This document shows, piece after piece, positions 29,150 through 42,990 of a stretch of DNA of 64,000 bases (its first letter is position 1; every line of letters starts with the position of its first letter). Source of the stretch: the human T2T-CHM13v2.0 reference genome, Homo sapiens; assembly GCF_009914755.1 (NCBI RefSeq), contig NC_060930.1; one strand, written 5' to 3'. A program made the position numbers and the translations under genes. A model generated the notes under the pieces. The model was not told the origin of the DNA, did not search any database, and worked only from the letters and a program-made list of their open reading frames with translations.

Positions 29150-29335
29150 ATATTGCAGACTTATCGGTAATATTTTATTTAATCCTCATAGAAATTCTAT
29201 GAGGTAGATACTATTATTATTCCTACCTTATAGATTAGTATACTGAGTTATAAAAGGGTTAATTTATGTGTTCAAGATCACAAGGATAATAAGTGGTGGG
29301 ACTGGGTTTTGAACCCAGGCAGTTTTGACTGCTGA
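29150..29335 (-). mobile_element. MIR
   Basis: ttaatcctcatagaaattctatgaggtagatactattatt ... caagatcaca ... ttgaacccaggcag. Confidence 0.75.
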
Positions 29336-31087
29336 GCTTGTGGGCTTACCCACCACATGTTCTGCCTTCCTACCCTCCACACAGAAGCAGCTCAAGAAAT
29401 GTTTTGAGGAAATGACTGTAACTGCCTCTTGCAAAGTAAACACATTGATTCTTGACTTTCCCCTAGGGATGTACATTAAACATAGTGGGTCACAAAAGAA
29501 ACAGCCATGTATTTGAAAATAATTCTCATGCCCCTTGGCCATCAAGAGCTCTTCTGTTTCAGTCCTAAAGAGAGTTTAGATATTGGGTTCCCAAGAGCTT
29601 CTTAGGGGTGACTTGAAGCTCAGAATGGCTGAAACATTCCAGGAATCAGAACATTTTTCCATTTCTTCTGGAGTGAGTGGCTTGTTTGAGCACTTATCCA
29701 TTCCTTTTTAGAAAACCTTTCCAACATTTTGTTTCTTCTGTCCTTCCCTGCATCCTGTTTCCCATCAAGGCCTTTAAACCTCTATTGGCCGATACCCGGA
29801 GATGCCCTGCTGCACAACAACCCAAGCTCTTCACCTTTCCCTGCCTTTCTCTACACTTCTCCTGTATCTAATCACTGGCTCACCATGGGCTCCAGACGGC
29901 ATGCTATTCTGTTCTATCCCATCTTGGAAATATGTAAAGGAGATACAGTTAGACAAGGATTGTAATTTATAATCCTTAATGTAATTTGTAATCCACAATG
30001 TATTGAGTCCTGAGGGGTCTTTGGTTTAAACAGTGTTTATAAATAGATAAGCCAATGCTGAATCCAAAAAATTTAATCTCTAACAATCTTAATTGAGAGT
30101 TGGGAATTCCTAAAATTCTCAACAATTTTAGGAATTTTGAGACCTAGAGAGGATTATAGTAGGATAAGATGTCATCTGGAATCCCAAAAGAATAACAACT
30201 ACTTTGAGATGTATTACTATTCCATTTAGAGAGGATAAAAATTTCACAATTTGGAGAGTTAATAAGAAGCTGAATTGAAACGACCTCTAACCTGTTTGAT
30301 TCTTTGCCATTGTTTTATTTCGTAGCTGGCCTTGTATAAATTCATTTTTTTCATGAATCCCCAGGATAATACCCAGTTAACCTGAAAAACTCTTTTGAAC
30401 TAAGATAGAAATAATTTAAGGGCACCTAGCATGTATTCACTTTGGGAATAGTGTTTAATTCATTAACCTCAGAGAAGTGATTTGATGGCCCAGAATAATT
30501 CATTAATCTTGTAATAGGCATATTTGGAGGTAAGTGGGACTTCCTCTCAAAGCACAGTGTGGGTAAAGAGCTCTTTGACTATGAAGGAACTGAGCTGTGC
30601 TCTGGGAATCTGTCAGAGAAACTGATCTCTACCTAAATGTGGAAGGACATTGATTGTATCAAAACTTCCTTTTGTCACTAACATGCTGTGTGATTTTACT
30701 TAGCTTGTCTGTTTTTTTGTTTCCTCTGTGTAAAGTAAGGATGTCAGACTGGATCAGAATGCCTCAAATCTGTGAGCCCACAGAACCCACTGGCACATCA
30801 TTTCCCAAAATATTCATACCTGTTTTCCCTTTCTGTCTTCCAAAATTCTCATTCAAAGCCTCTATGCATCCCTATGAACAGTACTTACATAATGACTGAC
30901 TTTAGTTTATTAATGCCTAAACTTTTGAGAGGTATCACTCTGGGCATAACAGGGAAAATAAAATAAATCTTAGCATGTCAAAATAAATTTGTAGTAGCAA
31001 GATTTTCTTTCCACTATAATTATTTTTACCAAATATCAGAGCAACTAGGTAAAAGGTTAACAAAAATGTATATAACATCAGAGGTTT

Positions 31088-31387
31088 GGCCGGGCACAGT
31101 GGCTCAGCAGTATAATCCCAGCACTTTGGGAGGCCGAGGCGGGCAGATCACCTGAGGTTGGGAGTTTGAGACCAGCCGGGCCAACATGGTGAAATCCCAT
31201 CTCTACTAAAAATACAAAATTAGCTGGGCATAGTAGGGCACGCCTGTAGTGCCAGCTACTCAGGAAGCTGAGGCAGGAGAATTGCTTGAACCCAGGAGAT
31301 AGAGGTTGCAGTGAGCCAAGATTGTGGCACTGCACTTCAGTCTGGGTGACAGAGTGAGACTCTGTATCAAAAAAATGAAAATAAAAA
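31088..31387 (+). mobile_element. AluSp/Sq
   Basis: cacctgaggttgggagtttgagaccagc; probable TSD tcag(a/t)ggttt. Confidence 0.9.
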
Positions 31388-31718
31388 GTCAGTGGTTTGT
31401 TTGGCCACTTTGCATTTTACTTGTTAAACAAGAAATATCTACGTATGATGTTGATACACTGCCATGATTTAAATCACCTCAAGTTAATTTCATTCTCTCT
31501 TTGTTTTCTTATGAAAAGATTTAATCTTACACCTGGAAGTCTGGGTTTTTTAAATTGAATTCTATAGAAATGTTCTCAAATTCAGATAATTCTATATTGT
31601 GCACATGATGTCAAATAACATGCTTGGTTAAATTTTTCATTTTTAACCAGTTGCTTCAGCAATATTTATTTTCCAAGTTTATTCTGTTCTTTCAGTATTT
31701 AAAATTCCTTAATTATTG

Positions 31719-32122
31719 TGATATGATTTGGATATTTGTGCCACCCAAATCTCGTGTTGATATGTAATCCCCAGTGTTGGAGGTGGGACTTGGTGGGAAG
31801 TGTATGGGTCATGGGGGCAGATCCCTTATGGCTTGGTGCTTTCTCCAAGATAGTGAGTGAGTTCTCATGAGATCTGGTCATTTAAAAGTGTGTGGAACCT
31901 GCCCCCGACTCACTTGCTCTTGCTTTCGCCGTATGATGTACTTGCTCCTGCTTCACCCTCCACCATGAGTAAAAGCTCCCCGAGGCCTCCCTAGGAGCTG
32001 GGCAGATGTTGGTGCCATGCTTCCTGTACAGCCTGCGGAAACATGAACCAATTAAACCTATTTTCTTTATAAATTACTGTCTCAGGTATTTCCTTATAGC
32101 AATACAAGAATCACTCAATACA
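31719..32122 (+). mobile_element. MSTA/MSTB solo LTR
   Basis: tgatatgatttgg ... caaatctcgtgttg ... caattaaacc ... aataca; TSD tattg/tactg. Confidence 0.9.
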
Positions 32123-32634
32123 TACTGATATCATGAGTTTCACTGGACATTTAAAATATTTTCCTCATGAGGGAAAATTCCCACCTTGACCTGACCTCTC
32201 ATCAGTTTTATGTATCTGCAGAAAAATCCTTCTAAAAGATTGAGATGAGCAACAATAGGACAAACTTTCAAATGGTACTGTTGACTGAGAATACAATGGA
32301 CAATGCCAAACTGTTTACAGATGTTATGCTTGGCCTTTTTCCCAGTGCCAGATATTTGTATGAAAGATGAAGAGTATAATCTATTTACATACAGTGGTTT
32401 TCCTCCCCAAAACTTTTGAGCTTTGTTATGCTTTAATAACCATATGCTCTTGAAAATTGATTTCTTTTTTGAAGACCATCTGCATCTATGTAGCTAGGCA
32501 CCTATTTCTTCCATTTCTTCAAAACTGAATGTTGCCCTCTTTTCACACTGCATTCTCCTCACACTACCAGTGCCCCAGTGGATTATGTTTTGCTACAGTG
32601 AAGGAAAAGAAAACTCTGAAAGACGTAGTGTAGT

Positions 32635-32985
32635 TGCTGTAGTTTGAATGTATTCCTCAAAGTTTATCCCCAATGCAACAGTGTTGGCAGGTGGGGTCTA
32701 GTAAGGTGATGATTAGTTATGAGAGCTCTGCCTTCATGAATGGATTGATGATGTCATTATCACAAGGGTGGGTTGGTTACCATGTGAGTGGGCTTGTTAT
32801 AAAAGCAAGTTCAGCCTCCTCTTGCTCTTGCTCTCTTGCCCTTCTGCCTTTTGCCATGAGATGACACCAGATGCAGACCCCTCAACCTTGTACTCCTCAG
32901 TCTCCAGAACTGTAAGACATTTCTTTTCCTTATAAATTTCCAGTCTATAGTATCCTGTTACAGCAACACAAAACAGACCAAGACA
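32635..32985 (+). mobile_element. MSTC/MSTD solo LTR
   Basis: tgctgtagtttgaatg ... cagaccaagaca; perfect 5-bp TSD GTAGT at 32630-32634 and 32986-32990. Confidence 0.88.
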
Positions 32986-34098
32986 GTAGTGTTGTATTTT
33001 TTCTTCAGGTCATGATATAGCCATGTAGAGCAGTGGATAAGAGGACAGGTTTTGGGGTTAAATGATCCATCTTCTTATTCTGGCTTCACCAGTTATGTAA
33101 TCTTATATACATTATTTACTTTCTATGCTCCTTCTAATTCATCTTATGAAGAAAACGATGCTACATATCTCTTTAAAGTTGTTAGGGTGATTAAATAAGA
33201 GAATGTATACAAAGGGTGAATGCTTAATAAAAGGTAGCAGTTAAGCTCCTGCAGTTTTACAGCCTTCAAATTCATGTAGCACAAAAGGCGCTAAAGTGGA
33301 AGAAAAAGTGGCTGTCCAATATAGTGGAAGGTGGCAGCTAATTTATTTTCTGGAAGCGAAGAACCTATGTCTTAGTTTCAAAGAGTCTGATTGGGTGGAC
33401 TAAAGCATATTTATAAATTAAAACTTGAGGTGCATAAAACCTTCTTTGAAGAGTTATATACAGGACAGAGGTGAGAGAATGTAATTTTCACATGCATCTG
33501 TCTTCTATGAGGAGCTTAATATTCTTTGGCCAAGTGGTTCTCAAACCTATTTAACTATAATTATTAGCTGTAGAGCTGTAAATACAAATAAAAACAAATA
33601 ATATAGTTGGCCCAACCATAGGCCAACACTCTCAGGAGTTCAGTTGGTAGGGACACAGAAGGTAATTTTTAAGAGCTCTACAATTAATTCTGATACCTAC
33701 TATTCTCTCTGTATGCCCAGAACAAGATACTAATTTTGACACAGATAGGACTCAGGGAAGTCATATTCTTAAGGTAATTTCTCTATGAAAATGGAAGAAA
33801 ACATAATCTATTTCTTTTATATTTTTCATAAAACAGTGTTTCGATGAAGATACAAGAACAACTGATGATAATATGTCAGCAAGTCATTAATTTTGGGCTA
33901 GTTAACAGGCAGTTTGAACTAAAATGGCAAACCAATTCATTGAAAAATATTTAAAAGTTTAAAAAATAATAAAAGTATCAGACTATTAACAGAAATACAA
34001 AGATAATTGAAGACAGTAAGAAAGAACAGAATTATGGAAGCAGAAAATTGAACCAGTAATACAGAAGTAAATTTGATAAAATTTTCCATTATATAGGG

Positions 34099-34516
34099 TG
34101 TCTTAGCACAACTCTGCTGCTATAACAAGATACCTAAGCTGGTAATTTATAATAAACAGGAATTTATTTTCTCACAGTTCAGAAGACCGGGAAGTCCAAG
34201 ATTAATGCACCGGCAGTTTTGTTTTTTGTTTGTTTGTTTGTTTGTTTGTGTCCAGAGAGGGGTGCTCTTGCTGCTCCCTTAATGAGGTCTTGTTGCTACA
34301 TCCCCAGAGGGAAGAAATGTTGTTTTTTATGTGGCAGAAGAAATAGAAGGGCAAAAATGAATGAACTTCCTCCATCATGCCTTATTTTAACGGCACCGAA
34401 TCCTAGTCATGAGGGACTCAATCACCTTCTAATGGCCACACCTCCTAATACTGTTCTATTGGGAATTAAGTTTCAACATGAATTCTGAAAGAGACAAAAA
34501 TATTCAAGCCATAGCA
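34099..34516 (-). mobile_element. MST/MLT1A-type MaLR solo LTR
   Basis: tgtcttag..gctgctataacaa..ctcacagttc..gggaagtccaagat ... aagtttcaacatgaatt..caagccatagca. Confidence 0.85.
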
Positions 34517-35004
34517 TAGAAATTACATGAAAATAATAACAAATAAAAGAGACAAAAACATATGGAGAAGATACATAATTTAGAATGAACATATTCAATG
34601 TAAGAAAGAATAGAAACGAATAAAACAGAAAGCAATAATCAAACATATAATTGAAGAAATGTTCTGAATTGGAGAAGAGAAAGGGTTTTGAAAGGTGTTA
34701 ATATACACCAGGCAAAAAATAATAGTAATAACAGCATACCAACTTTAGATGTGCAGTGGCAACATTTAAAAATTTTAATATTAAAAAATTTTTTAAATCC
34801 AGTTGAAAGATTATCAGCAAATCACAAAAATTAAGCTGATTTAAAAATTCTCCATGACAACATCAGAATTAAATGAAATGATTTGTATGGCATTTGTATC
34901 TGAATAACCTAATACACATTCACTAAATGGAAGCCATAGAAAATATTCTCAGATCCATAAGAAAAAAGAAAACAAGTGACTCATAAATATTCTGGAAATA
35001 TTTT

Positions 35005-35344
35005 GTTCAGTTTTGGTTTTTGTTTTTCAAGACTATTGAGATATAATTCACAAATAAAAAGTATATCTATTTAGAGGTATAGAATGTGATGTTTTGATAC
35101 AATAGTCCCCCCTTATCTGTAGGGCATACATTTCAAGATTCTGAGTGGATACCTCAGAATATCATTCCAAGATACCTAAAGCCGTGGATAGTACCAAACC
35201 CTAAATATATTGTCTTTTCATATGCATACACACCTATGATAAAACTTAATTCATTAATTAGGCACAGTAAGAGATTAACAACAATAACTAATAATATAGT
35301 AGCTCTATTAAAACGACATACTGTAATCAAAGCTATGTGAATGT

Positions 35345-35378
<34 letters not shown>

Positions 35379-36648
35379 AATATCTTATTGTGTTTTTTTG
35401 CAGGTAACTGAAACCACAGAAAGCAAAACTGTGGTTAAGGGTGAACTACTGTACATGTATACATTGTGAAATGATTACCACAATCAAGCTAATTAACATA
35501 TCCATCATCTTACAAAGTTATCTATTGTATGTGTGTGTGCGTGTGTGTGTGTGTGTGTGGTGAGAATTCTTTAGATGTACTCTCTTAGCAAATTTCAAGT
35601 ATGCAATATGTTATTATTAACTATAGTCACCATACTGTATATTAGGCCTTCAGAATTTATTAGTCTTATAGCTGAAAATTTGTACCATTTGACCAACATC
35701 TTCCATTTTTTCCACAGCTTCACCCCTGCTTCTGAGTTTGACTCCTCTCCTTTCCGCTTCTGTTTGACATTTTTAGATTCCACATATAAGTGAAATTATT
35801 CAGTATTTGTCTTTCAGTGTCTGGCTTATTTCTCTTATTATAATATAGTACAATATGATAGAGTATAATATTGTCCATATTCATCCACGTTGTCACAAAT
35901 GACAGGATTTTCTTCCTTTTTTGGCTGAATAATATGCCATTGTGTAATATACAATGGAATTGTGTATGTATACACACCACATTTTCTTAATCTATTTATC
36001 TGTCAATGGACACTTACCTATTTTTCTATTACCTATTAGAGCAGTGCTTTGAGATGCTCCAGTTTGTGTGCCTTTTTTCTATCCTTCTTTCATCCAGGCG
36101 GTGGGAGAAGCATGAAATGCATTTGCAGTGGCCTTGGGCCATTGGTGGTGTCCGCAGGTGAGACATCTCGAGTGCCTCATGGACAAACTTCCTCATGGAA
36201 TCCACTGGAGCAATTATGAGAGTCCACGGCCTCTCTTCTCTGGTTCTGCCCTCTCCCAATCTCTCACCTGTGCCGATCACCTCAGTAATTTGGGTAAGAC
36301 AAAAAAGAGGTGGGGCTATTGGGCAGCATCTCACACAGCCAGGGAACTGACAGTTTATTTACTATACTCTCACTTTCCTTTATGGGAGAAACGGGCTAAG
36401 GAGGTCTCTCTTGGCACTGAGCTGTGACACCTTGGGGGAGAAAAAGTGCAGGTAAAGTGCAACTGTTCTTATTCTCTTCTCTTCTCCGTATGAATACTCA
36501 AACTTTTTGCTCTGAGAATGTGCTGAAACTTCTTTGCTAAACTCTTAGATTCCTACAAGGATACTCTTGTCCATGAGTAGTTGTAAAATTGATGCTTCTT
36601 TTGGGGAATGACAGTAGAAAACTCCCTTTTCATCATCTTGCTGATGTC
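35005..36648 (-). mobile_element. L1MA8/9-like element: 3' end (35005-36030) joined to an L1M-type 5' UTR (36040-36648)
   Basis: 3' UTR motif gtatacattgtgaaatgattaccacaatcaagctaattaacata; 5' terminus reads GACATCAGCAAGATGA on the minus strand; degenerate TSD ctggaaa(t/a)att(t/c)t. Confidence 0.7.
35100..35451 (+). mobile_element. MER44A (Tigger7) MITE nested in the L1MA 3' UTR
   Basis: TIRs caatagtccccccttatctg / gtggttaagggtgaactactg; flanking TA duplication. Confidence 0.88.
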
Positions 36649-38664
36649 CTGGAAAAATTCTTAAGAATATATTCTGGATACACTTAAAAGCAAAACACTC
36701 ATAGCATTAAAAAAAGTAGCAGTAAATATTGGAGACATTTCAGTAAAGAAGATAAGACTGTGTAAGTACTATAACTATAATTTAAAATGAGTGCAAATAT
36801 CATAAAAAAGCATTTTACAATATTTGTGAAAATTTATAATTTTTGATTAAATGTACAAAAATTGATAATCATATATGAGGAGAAAATAGTAAAAATTCAA
36901 ATCTATATCTTATAAAGTAAAAAGTCATAGTTTTTCCCTGCTGTAAGTTCTAAAAAAAATTTGTTTAATTTGACTTCAAAAACTTAAAGATAACACTCAC
37001 AGAATTTTAAATACCCACTGGAACATAAAAACAAAGGAAATGTCGATGATGTAGCAAATGACAGACCACAAGGAAAACAGTATAAATGTTTACGATACAA
37101 AACAAAAGCACTCTATTAAGAAGTCAGAAAAACAAACTTTAGCAATAACCTGAATATGACTAATTTAACTTCCTTTGTTAAAGGGAAAGGCAATTTGTTC
37201 AATAAGCAAATTTAACTATATACTGCTCACAAAAGGTATCTGGAAACCAAAATGGTACAAAAGGTTGATAGTGTGTATACTTTACATAAATGGCTTAATA
37301 GATAAATATAAATAGATATTAGAAATGATTATATTAAAATCAAACAAATAAAATTAATGGTAAAACAAATTAAAGGGGCAAGAAGGGATCATACTAATTT
37401 GATCATAGACACAATTCACAATTAAGGCAAAATAGTGATTTATGCAATAATAAATTGACTAAGAAAAGCTTTAGTACTATGAATTACTATTGCTATATGA
37501 GTTCAGGTCAAATGTGATAAAAATTAATGATATAAAGGATTTGACTATTGTAATGCTAATAGATTAAGAAATAAAAGTAATGCTAATAGATTAAGAAGCA
37601 AGTATCATATTTATATACACTCATAAAACACACTGAAAATTCTCAACAAATTCCAAATAATACAAGTTTTTAGGTAACATTTGACCATGATACCGACATA
37701 TCCAAATTTAGTAGCAAAATTGTAAACATAAACATCCTATTATCTGGATATATAATTAAAATTTTTGTATACAACTAGGACAATAAAAGGAAAAATATAA
37801 ATTCACTTTAAATTCAATAAATCTAAGAATAATAATATCCGCATATATAGCATGTGACCAAAGCTATATTAAAAAATAATTGCATGGACTTATGGGATTA
37901 TGTTGTTTTCTTCTGTTTTAGGAGATAAGTAAGCATAAACACCAAAATCAATTACTTAGAAGGTAGTAAAAATGAAATACAAATATAATTAATAAATAAG
38001 CCTAAGAACTAATTCTTAGAAGGAAGCAAATAAACTGAAAAATACAAAATTTCTTTTAAGTTCTAATGAAGAAATTAAAAACAACACAATATTATATTAA
38101 AATATAACAACATTAGAAATCAGAAAGAAGACATAATAAAACTGAATTCATAGTAAGCTTCTTAATTCTCAGGGCATTGTTTCGTTCATTTTATTAATTT
38201 ATAAACTAGCACATCTGTAACCTAACAACTTATAGGCATAGCAGTCTCCTATAAATATCTGTAGAATAAATGAAAATGCAGGATATTCAAAAATTGAAAG
38301 AGAATACTTTGCAGAACCGTGTACTCATTAACTGTAAAAAAAAAGTTTCATTTTCAAAGAATCATATGCTTAATTTTTCAATCTTTTAAGGGTTAATTGC
38401 TTTTTATTTTATAGGACATAGAAAACACGAAAAAGTTCTTAGTTATTTTACAAAGTAGAAAATATAAGTTTGACAAAAATAGAAAAGAAAGAAAACAAAG
38501 TATCATGTGCACACAGAAACACAATAAAAAAACAAAAAAGAGAACAGTTTCACTTAGTACAGTGGAAGAACAATAATGTGCTAACAAACTTAATTAAAAT
38601 ATTAAATACATAGTTCACCAAAAGAAAATAGGATTTTTTTCCAGGGAGGAAATCTAATATGAGG

Positions 38665-38905
38665 CTGTTTAGTCTCCAGTTATGAGCATGACCTTGGAAT
38701 CCAGGCACCTTGATATAATTCTCTGTTCTCTCACTTAGTAGCTGCCTGACCTTGAACAAATGACTTCACCTCTTTATGCCTGAGTTTCTTAATCTGAAAA
38801 ATAGGAATAATAATAGCACTGATCTTAAAGAATCACTTATGAAAATTATATGATATATAAAATGCTGAGCAGGGTGCCTGGTATATAATCAGTGCTATTA
38901 CTATC
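38665..38905 (+). mobile_element. MIR (well preserved)
   Basis: cacttagtagctgcctgaccttgaacaaatgacttcacctctttatgcctgagtttcttaatctgaaaaataggaataataatagcac. Confidence 0.85.
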
Positions 38906-41540
38906 ATTACTATGATTAATCACTATTATTATTTTAATTCATAATATCAGGAGCCATCTTTATTAGATTTTTATCCCAAAGCAGTAATGCATACAATTGC
39001 TGCAATGTGTTGTTTTATGTTATTTGGATTAGCAATATAAGTAAAGGAAATCAAAAGAGCAAAGGAATCATTTGTATTATGTAAATGAAAATATGTCAAA
39101 TTCCAATATTCTTCTTTTTGCAGGACCAGAAAATCTTTCTCTTCCAGTCAGTGTCATTCATTTATGACCAGCGGTTGAATCCAGTCATAAAATCTGAAGC
39201 TCCTGGGTACCTCTACATCACTGGGCCTATGATACACTGTTTCAGAACGTACTTACACATGGGGTGGGACGATTTTCTTAACTAATACTTGTGACTACTC
39301 CACAGCAAACCTGGAAACAAAAGTATTGGGTGAGCTATCTTCCAAAATCTGGAGATGGTTTCGGAGAGAGTTTCATTGCCATAAATTTAAAGGGGGATTG
39401 GATTTACTCAGGAAAAATTGCAAGTGAGCGTAGGAGATAAACTAGTAAATGTCATATTTGGCCCACCAGGCACAAAGAAGGGTTATAATTGGCTCCTTTA
39501 AGTCCTATATGCAGATATCAAATCCCTATACTTGCTCTTTATTGCATAGAATAAATTTACCTCACTCCTTACTTTGAAACATGAAATGAGGATCAAATTA
39601 TAGTTTCAATTATTGCAAATAGTTGTACAAATGAAAAGATTGTCTTATTGTGGGCATTACACAAACCCACCAAGGAATAAGTAATCTTTAAATTCTATGA
39701 AGTGATTTGTAATCTGATACAGTAAGAAAAAAAAATCTCAGACTTTGATTAATTACCACCACGCTCACCGCTATATCACTGTCCAATGTCATCATAATTT
39801 CACTGCCACTTAAAACTACACTTCAGCCATAGAAAGCCAAAAAATTAGGCACTGGTGACCTGTCCAAAAGAAAAAAAAAAAAAAAGGAACAGGAAGTGGA
39901 GAAATACCACCTCATAAATTTCACCCAACCACATTTAACAGCCACCTGGAGTTCACACCAACTCACTTGGATCTCCTATGACGAATATGCCTCTATCACA
40001 ATGTTGAGGCCACTGAGTTTCTCATGTACTAAAATTTGGCTTAATGTGGTTACTCTTTCTCTCTGGGAGTTTTAAGAACAACTTCATGGTCATAATATTC
40101 TCTTTAATAAATATGATTCATCTGAATGTTAGATTCCCGTTTAACTACCACAATCTTCAGAAGAAAAGTTATAGCTCTTACTGACTTCAGAAGCTGCTCT
40201 GGATGACTTTATAATTTATCATCCAAATGGAAGACGTTTGAGAGCGAAAGGATACACTAAAATAATTAAATGTATACAATTTTTGGAAAATGTTTATTGC
40301 TTAAAAATATTGTTTATTGTATGAAATTTTGTATATTTATATTCATGTGTCTATAAAAACAATTCTATTCAAAAATTACTTTAAAAATTCTTTAAAGATA
40401 CAAATATATTTGTATACTTTAAAACAGGTTGAAATATTGATTATATAAACTATTAGAAAGTTACATAAGCAGAAAGAATATTACCTGCACATATTTATGT
40501 GCTTTAATCTGCTCCTTAGCTGAATCTGTCTCTAATGTGTTTTTTAAAAAATATTTTTAAATTATTTTTATTTTTCCTATAAAATTGTCTGAAATATTTG
40601 AAATTTGAAAATTAAAATTCTTCATTTAAAAATTTGAAGTCACTGATATCCTTACTCACTAGACACATCTTTGTAAAAGAACCAAAAAAATAAAATATCT
40701 GTAAATGTCCCAAGGGAACTGCTTATCTCCAAATAAATTCTGCTAAATGTGATATTATCTCAATTTCAATTTATTTTAAGCTGAAATGCATAAATGTTTC
40801 AGCCCAAATATTTTCATGGGCACTGCCTCTTTTGCCTCCATGTAGCACAGCTTCTTCCAACAAATTTTTTTTAAGACAACACTTGTCAAAAAAGTTGTCT
40901 CTATTTATAATATCTTTGAAAACTTCACCAAATTAAAGCGCTGAAACATTGTAGGCTTTGTCAATTTTCTTTCAGTCTGATACAAAATACCATTTATCCA
41001 ATTAAAATTAGGAAATCAACAAATTCTTTCCACAAGTCAGATGTTCCAAAGCTGTTATGTAATTTCAAAACTAAATGTTAGAGCCTCTTGTGAGCTCATT
41101 CTGCAGTTCGTTCAGCTTCCCCTTGCTTTTGTAGAGATAAATGTTTTCCTGCCTGCAAGATATTGTCTTCAATAATTTCAGTTTGCAGAAAGCTTCAACC
41201 AGAAGTTGCTGTTTTTTCTTGCCACACCATTTTTAAATGCGTTGTTTAAAAATTTTTCAGCCGATTTTGCATACAGTGCAACCAAAAGTTAGATAACTCA
41301 TTTATCAAAATATGAATATTATTGTAGGACATTAAGGTTGATTTAGAAAGTAGTTATTCAAATGATCAAACATTCCTAAAATCTTACTGATGAGAGGCTG
41401 CAGAAAAAAGCATACCGTTATGCTGGAGATTTTTAAATTCAATATTAGCTTTATCACAAAAGTTTAATTATTCCAATTGTGTAAATATAAAAATATTTAT
41501 GGATTTTGACATCTTTAGCTTCTATTTCAATTAGTAGATT

Positions 41541-42990
41541 TTTTTAATTAAACTTAAGTTCTGGGATACATGTGCAGAACGTGCAGGTTTGTTACATAGA
41601 TATACATGTGCCATGGTGATTTGCTGCACCCATTAACCCGTCATGTACATTAGGTATTTCTCCTATGCTATCCCTCCCCTTCCCCGCAACCCCCCGACTG
41701 GCCCCAGTATGTGATGTTCCCCTCCCTCTGTCTATGTGTTCTCTTTGTTCAACTCCCACTTTTAAGTGAGAACATGGGGTGTTTGGTTTTCTGTTCCGGT
41801 GTTAGTTTTCTGAGAATGATGGTTTCCAGCTTCATCCATGTCCCTGAAAAGGACATTAACTCATTATTTTTTATGGCTGCATAGTATTCCATGGTATATA
41901 TGTGTCACATTTTCTTTATCCAGTCCATCATTGATGGGCATTTGGATTGGTTCCAAGTCTTTGCTCTTGTGAATAGTGCTGCAATAAACATACGTGTGCA
42001 TGTATCTTTATAGAATGATTTTTAATCCTTTGGGTATATACCCAGCAATGGGATTGCTGGGTCAAATGATATTTCTAGTTCTAGATCCTTGAGGAATCAC
42101 CACACTGTTTTCCACATTGGTTGAACTAATTTACACTCCCTCCAACAGTGTAAAAGCATTCCTATTTCTCCACATCTCCAGCATCTGTTGTTTCCTGACT
42201 TTTTAATGATCACCATTTTAACTGGTGTAAGAAGGTATCTCATTGTGGTTTTGATTTGCATTTCTCTAATGACCAGTGATGATGAGCTTTTTTACATATG
42301 CTTGTTGGTCACATAAATGTCTTCTTTTGAGAAGTGTCTGTTCATATCCTTTACCCACTTTTTGATGGGATTCTTTGTTTTTTTCTTGTAAATTTGTTTA
42401 AGTTCCTTATAGATTCTGGATATTAGCCCTTTGTCAGATGGCTAGATTGCAAAAATTTTCTCCCATTCTGTAGGTTGCCTATTCACTCTGATGATAGTTT
42501 CTTTGGTTGTGCAGAAGCTCTTTAGTTTAATTAGATCCCATTTGTCCATCTTGGCTTTGTTGCCCTTGCTTTTGGCGTTTTAGCCATGAAGTCTTTGCCC
42601 ATGCCTATGTCCTGAATGGTATTGCCTAGGTTTTCTTCTAGGGTTTTTATAGTTTTAGGTCTTACGTTTAAATCTTTAGTCCATCTTGAGTTAATTTTTG
42701 TATAAGGTGTAAGGAAGGGGTCCAGTTTCAGTTTTCTGCAAATGACTAGACCGTTTTCTCAATACCGTTTATTAAATAAGGAATCCTTTCCCCATTGCTT
42801 GTTTTTGTCAGATTTGCCAAAGATCAGATGGTTGTAGATGTGTGGTGTTATTTCTGAGGCCTCTGTTTTGTTCCATTAGTCTATATATCTGTGTTGGTAT
42901 CAGTAGCCTTGCAGTTCGAAGTCAGGTAGCGTGATGCCTCCAGTTTTGTTCTTTTTGCTTAGGATTGTCTTGGCTATACGGGCTCTTTTT
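41541..42990 (-). mobile_element. L1PA7/8, 5'-truncated (about 1.45 kb), inserted in the transposase gene
   Basis: aagttctgggatacatgtgcagaacgtgcagg 3' end; approximate TSD tt(a/g)gtaga(t/a)t; transposase reads ..SCNILP|IEIEA.. across the site. Confidence 0.93.

Larger units (their letters stand above)
33780..38150 (+). mobile_element. Highly degraded ancient L1M (ORF1/ORF2 region) hosting nested insertions
   Basis: Very A-rich plus strand with L1-like remnants (gaaaattctcaacaaattccaaa, tttgaccatgatac, aactaattcttagaagg); boundaries approximate. Confidence 0.55.

Noticed and set aside
39085-39285. 66-aa ORF as a host coding exon
   Set aside because: No recognisable protein similarity, and the frame stops before the candidate donor.
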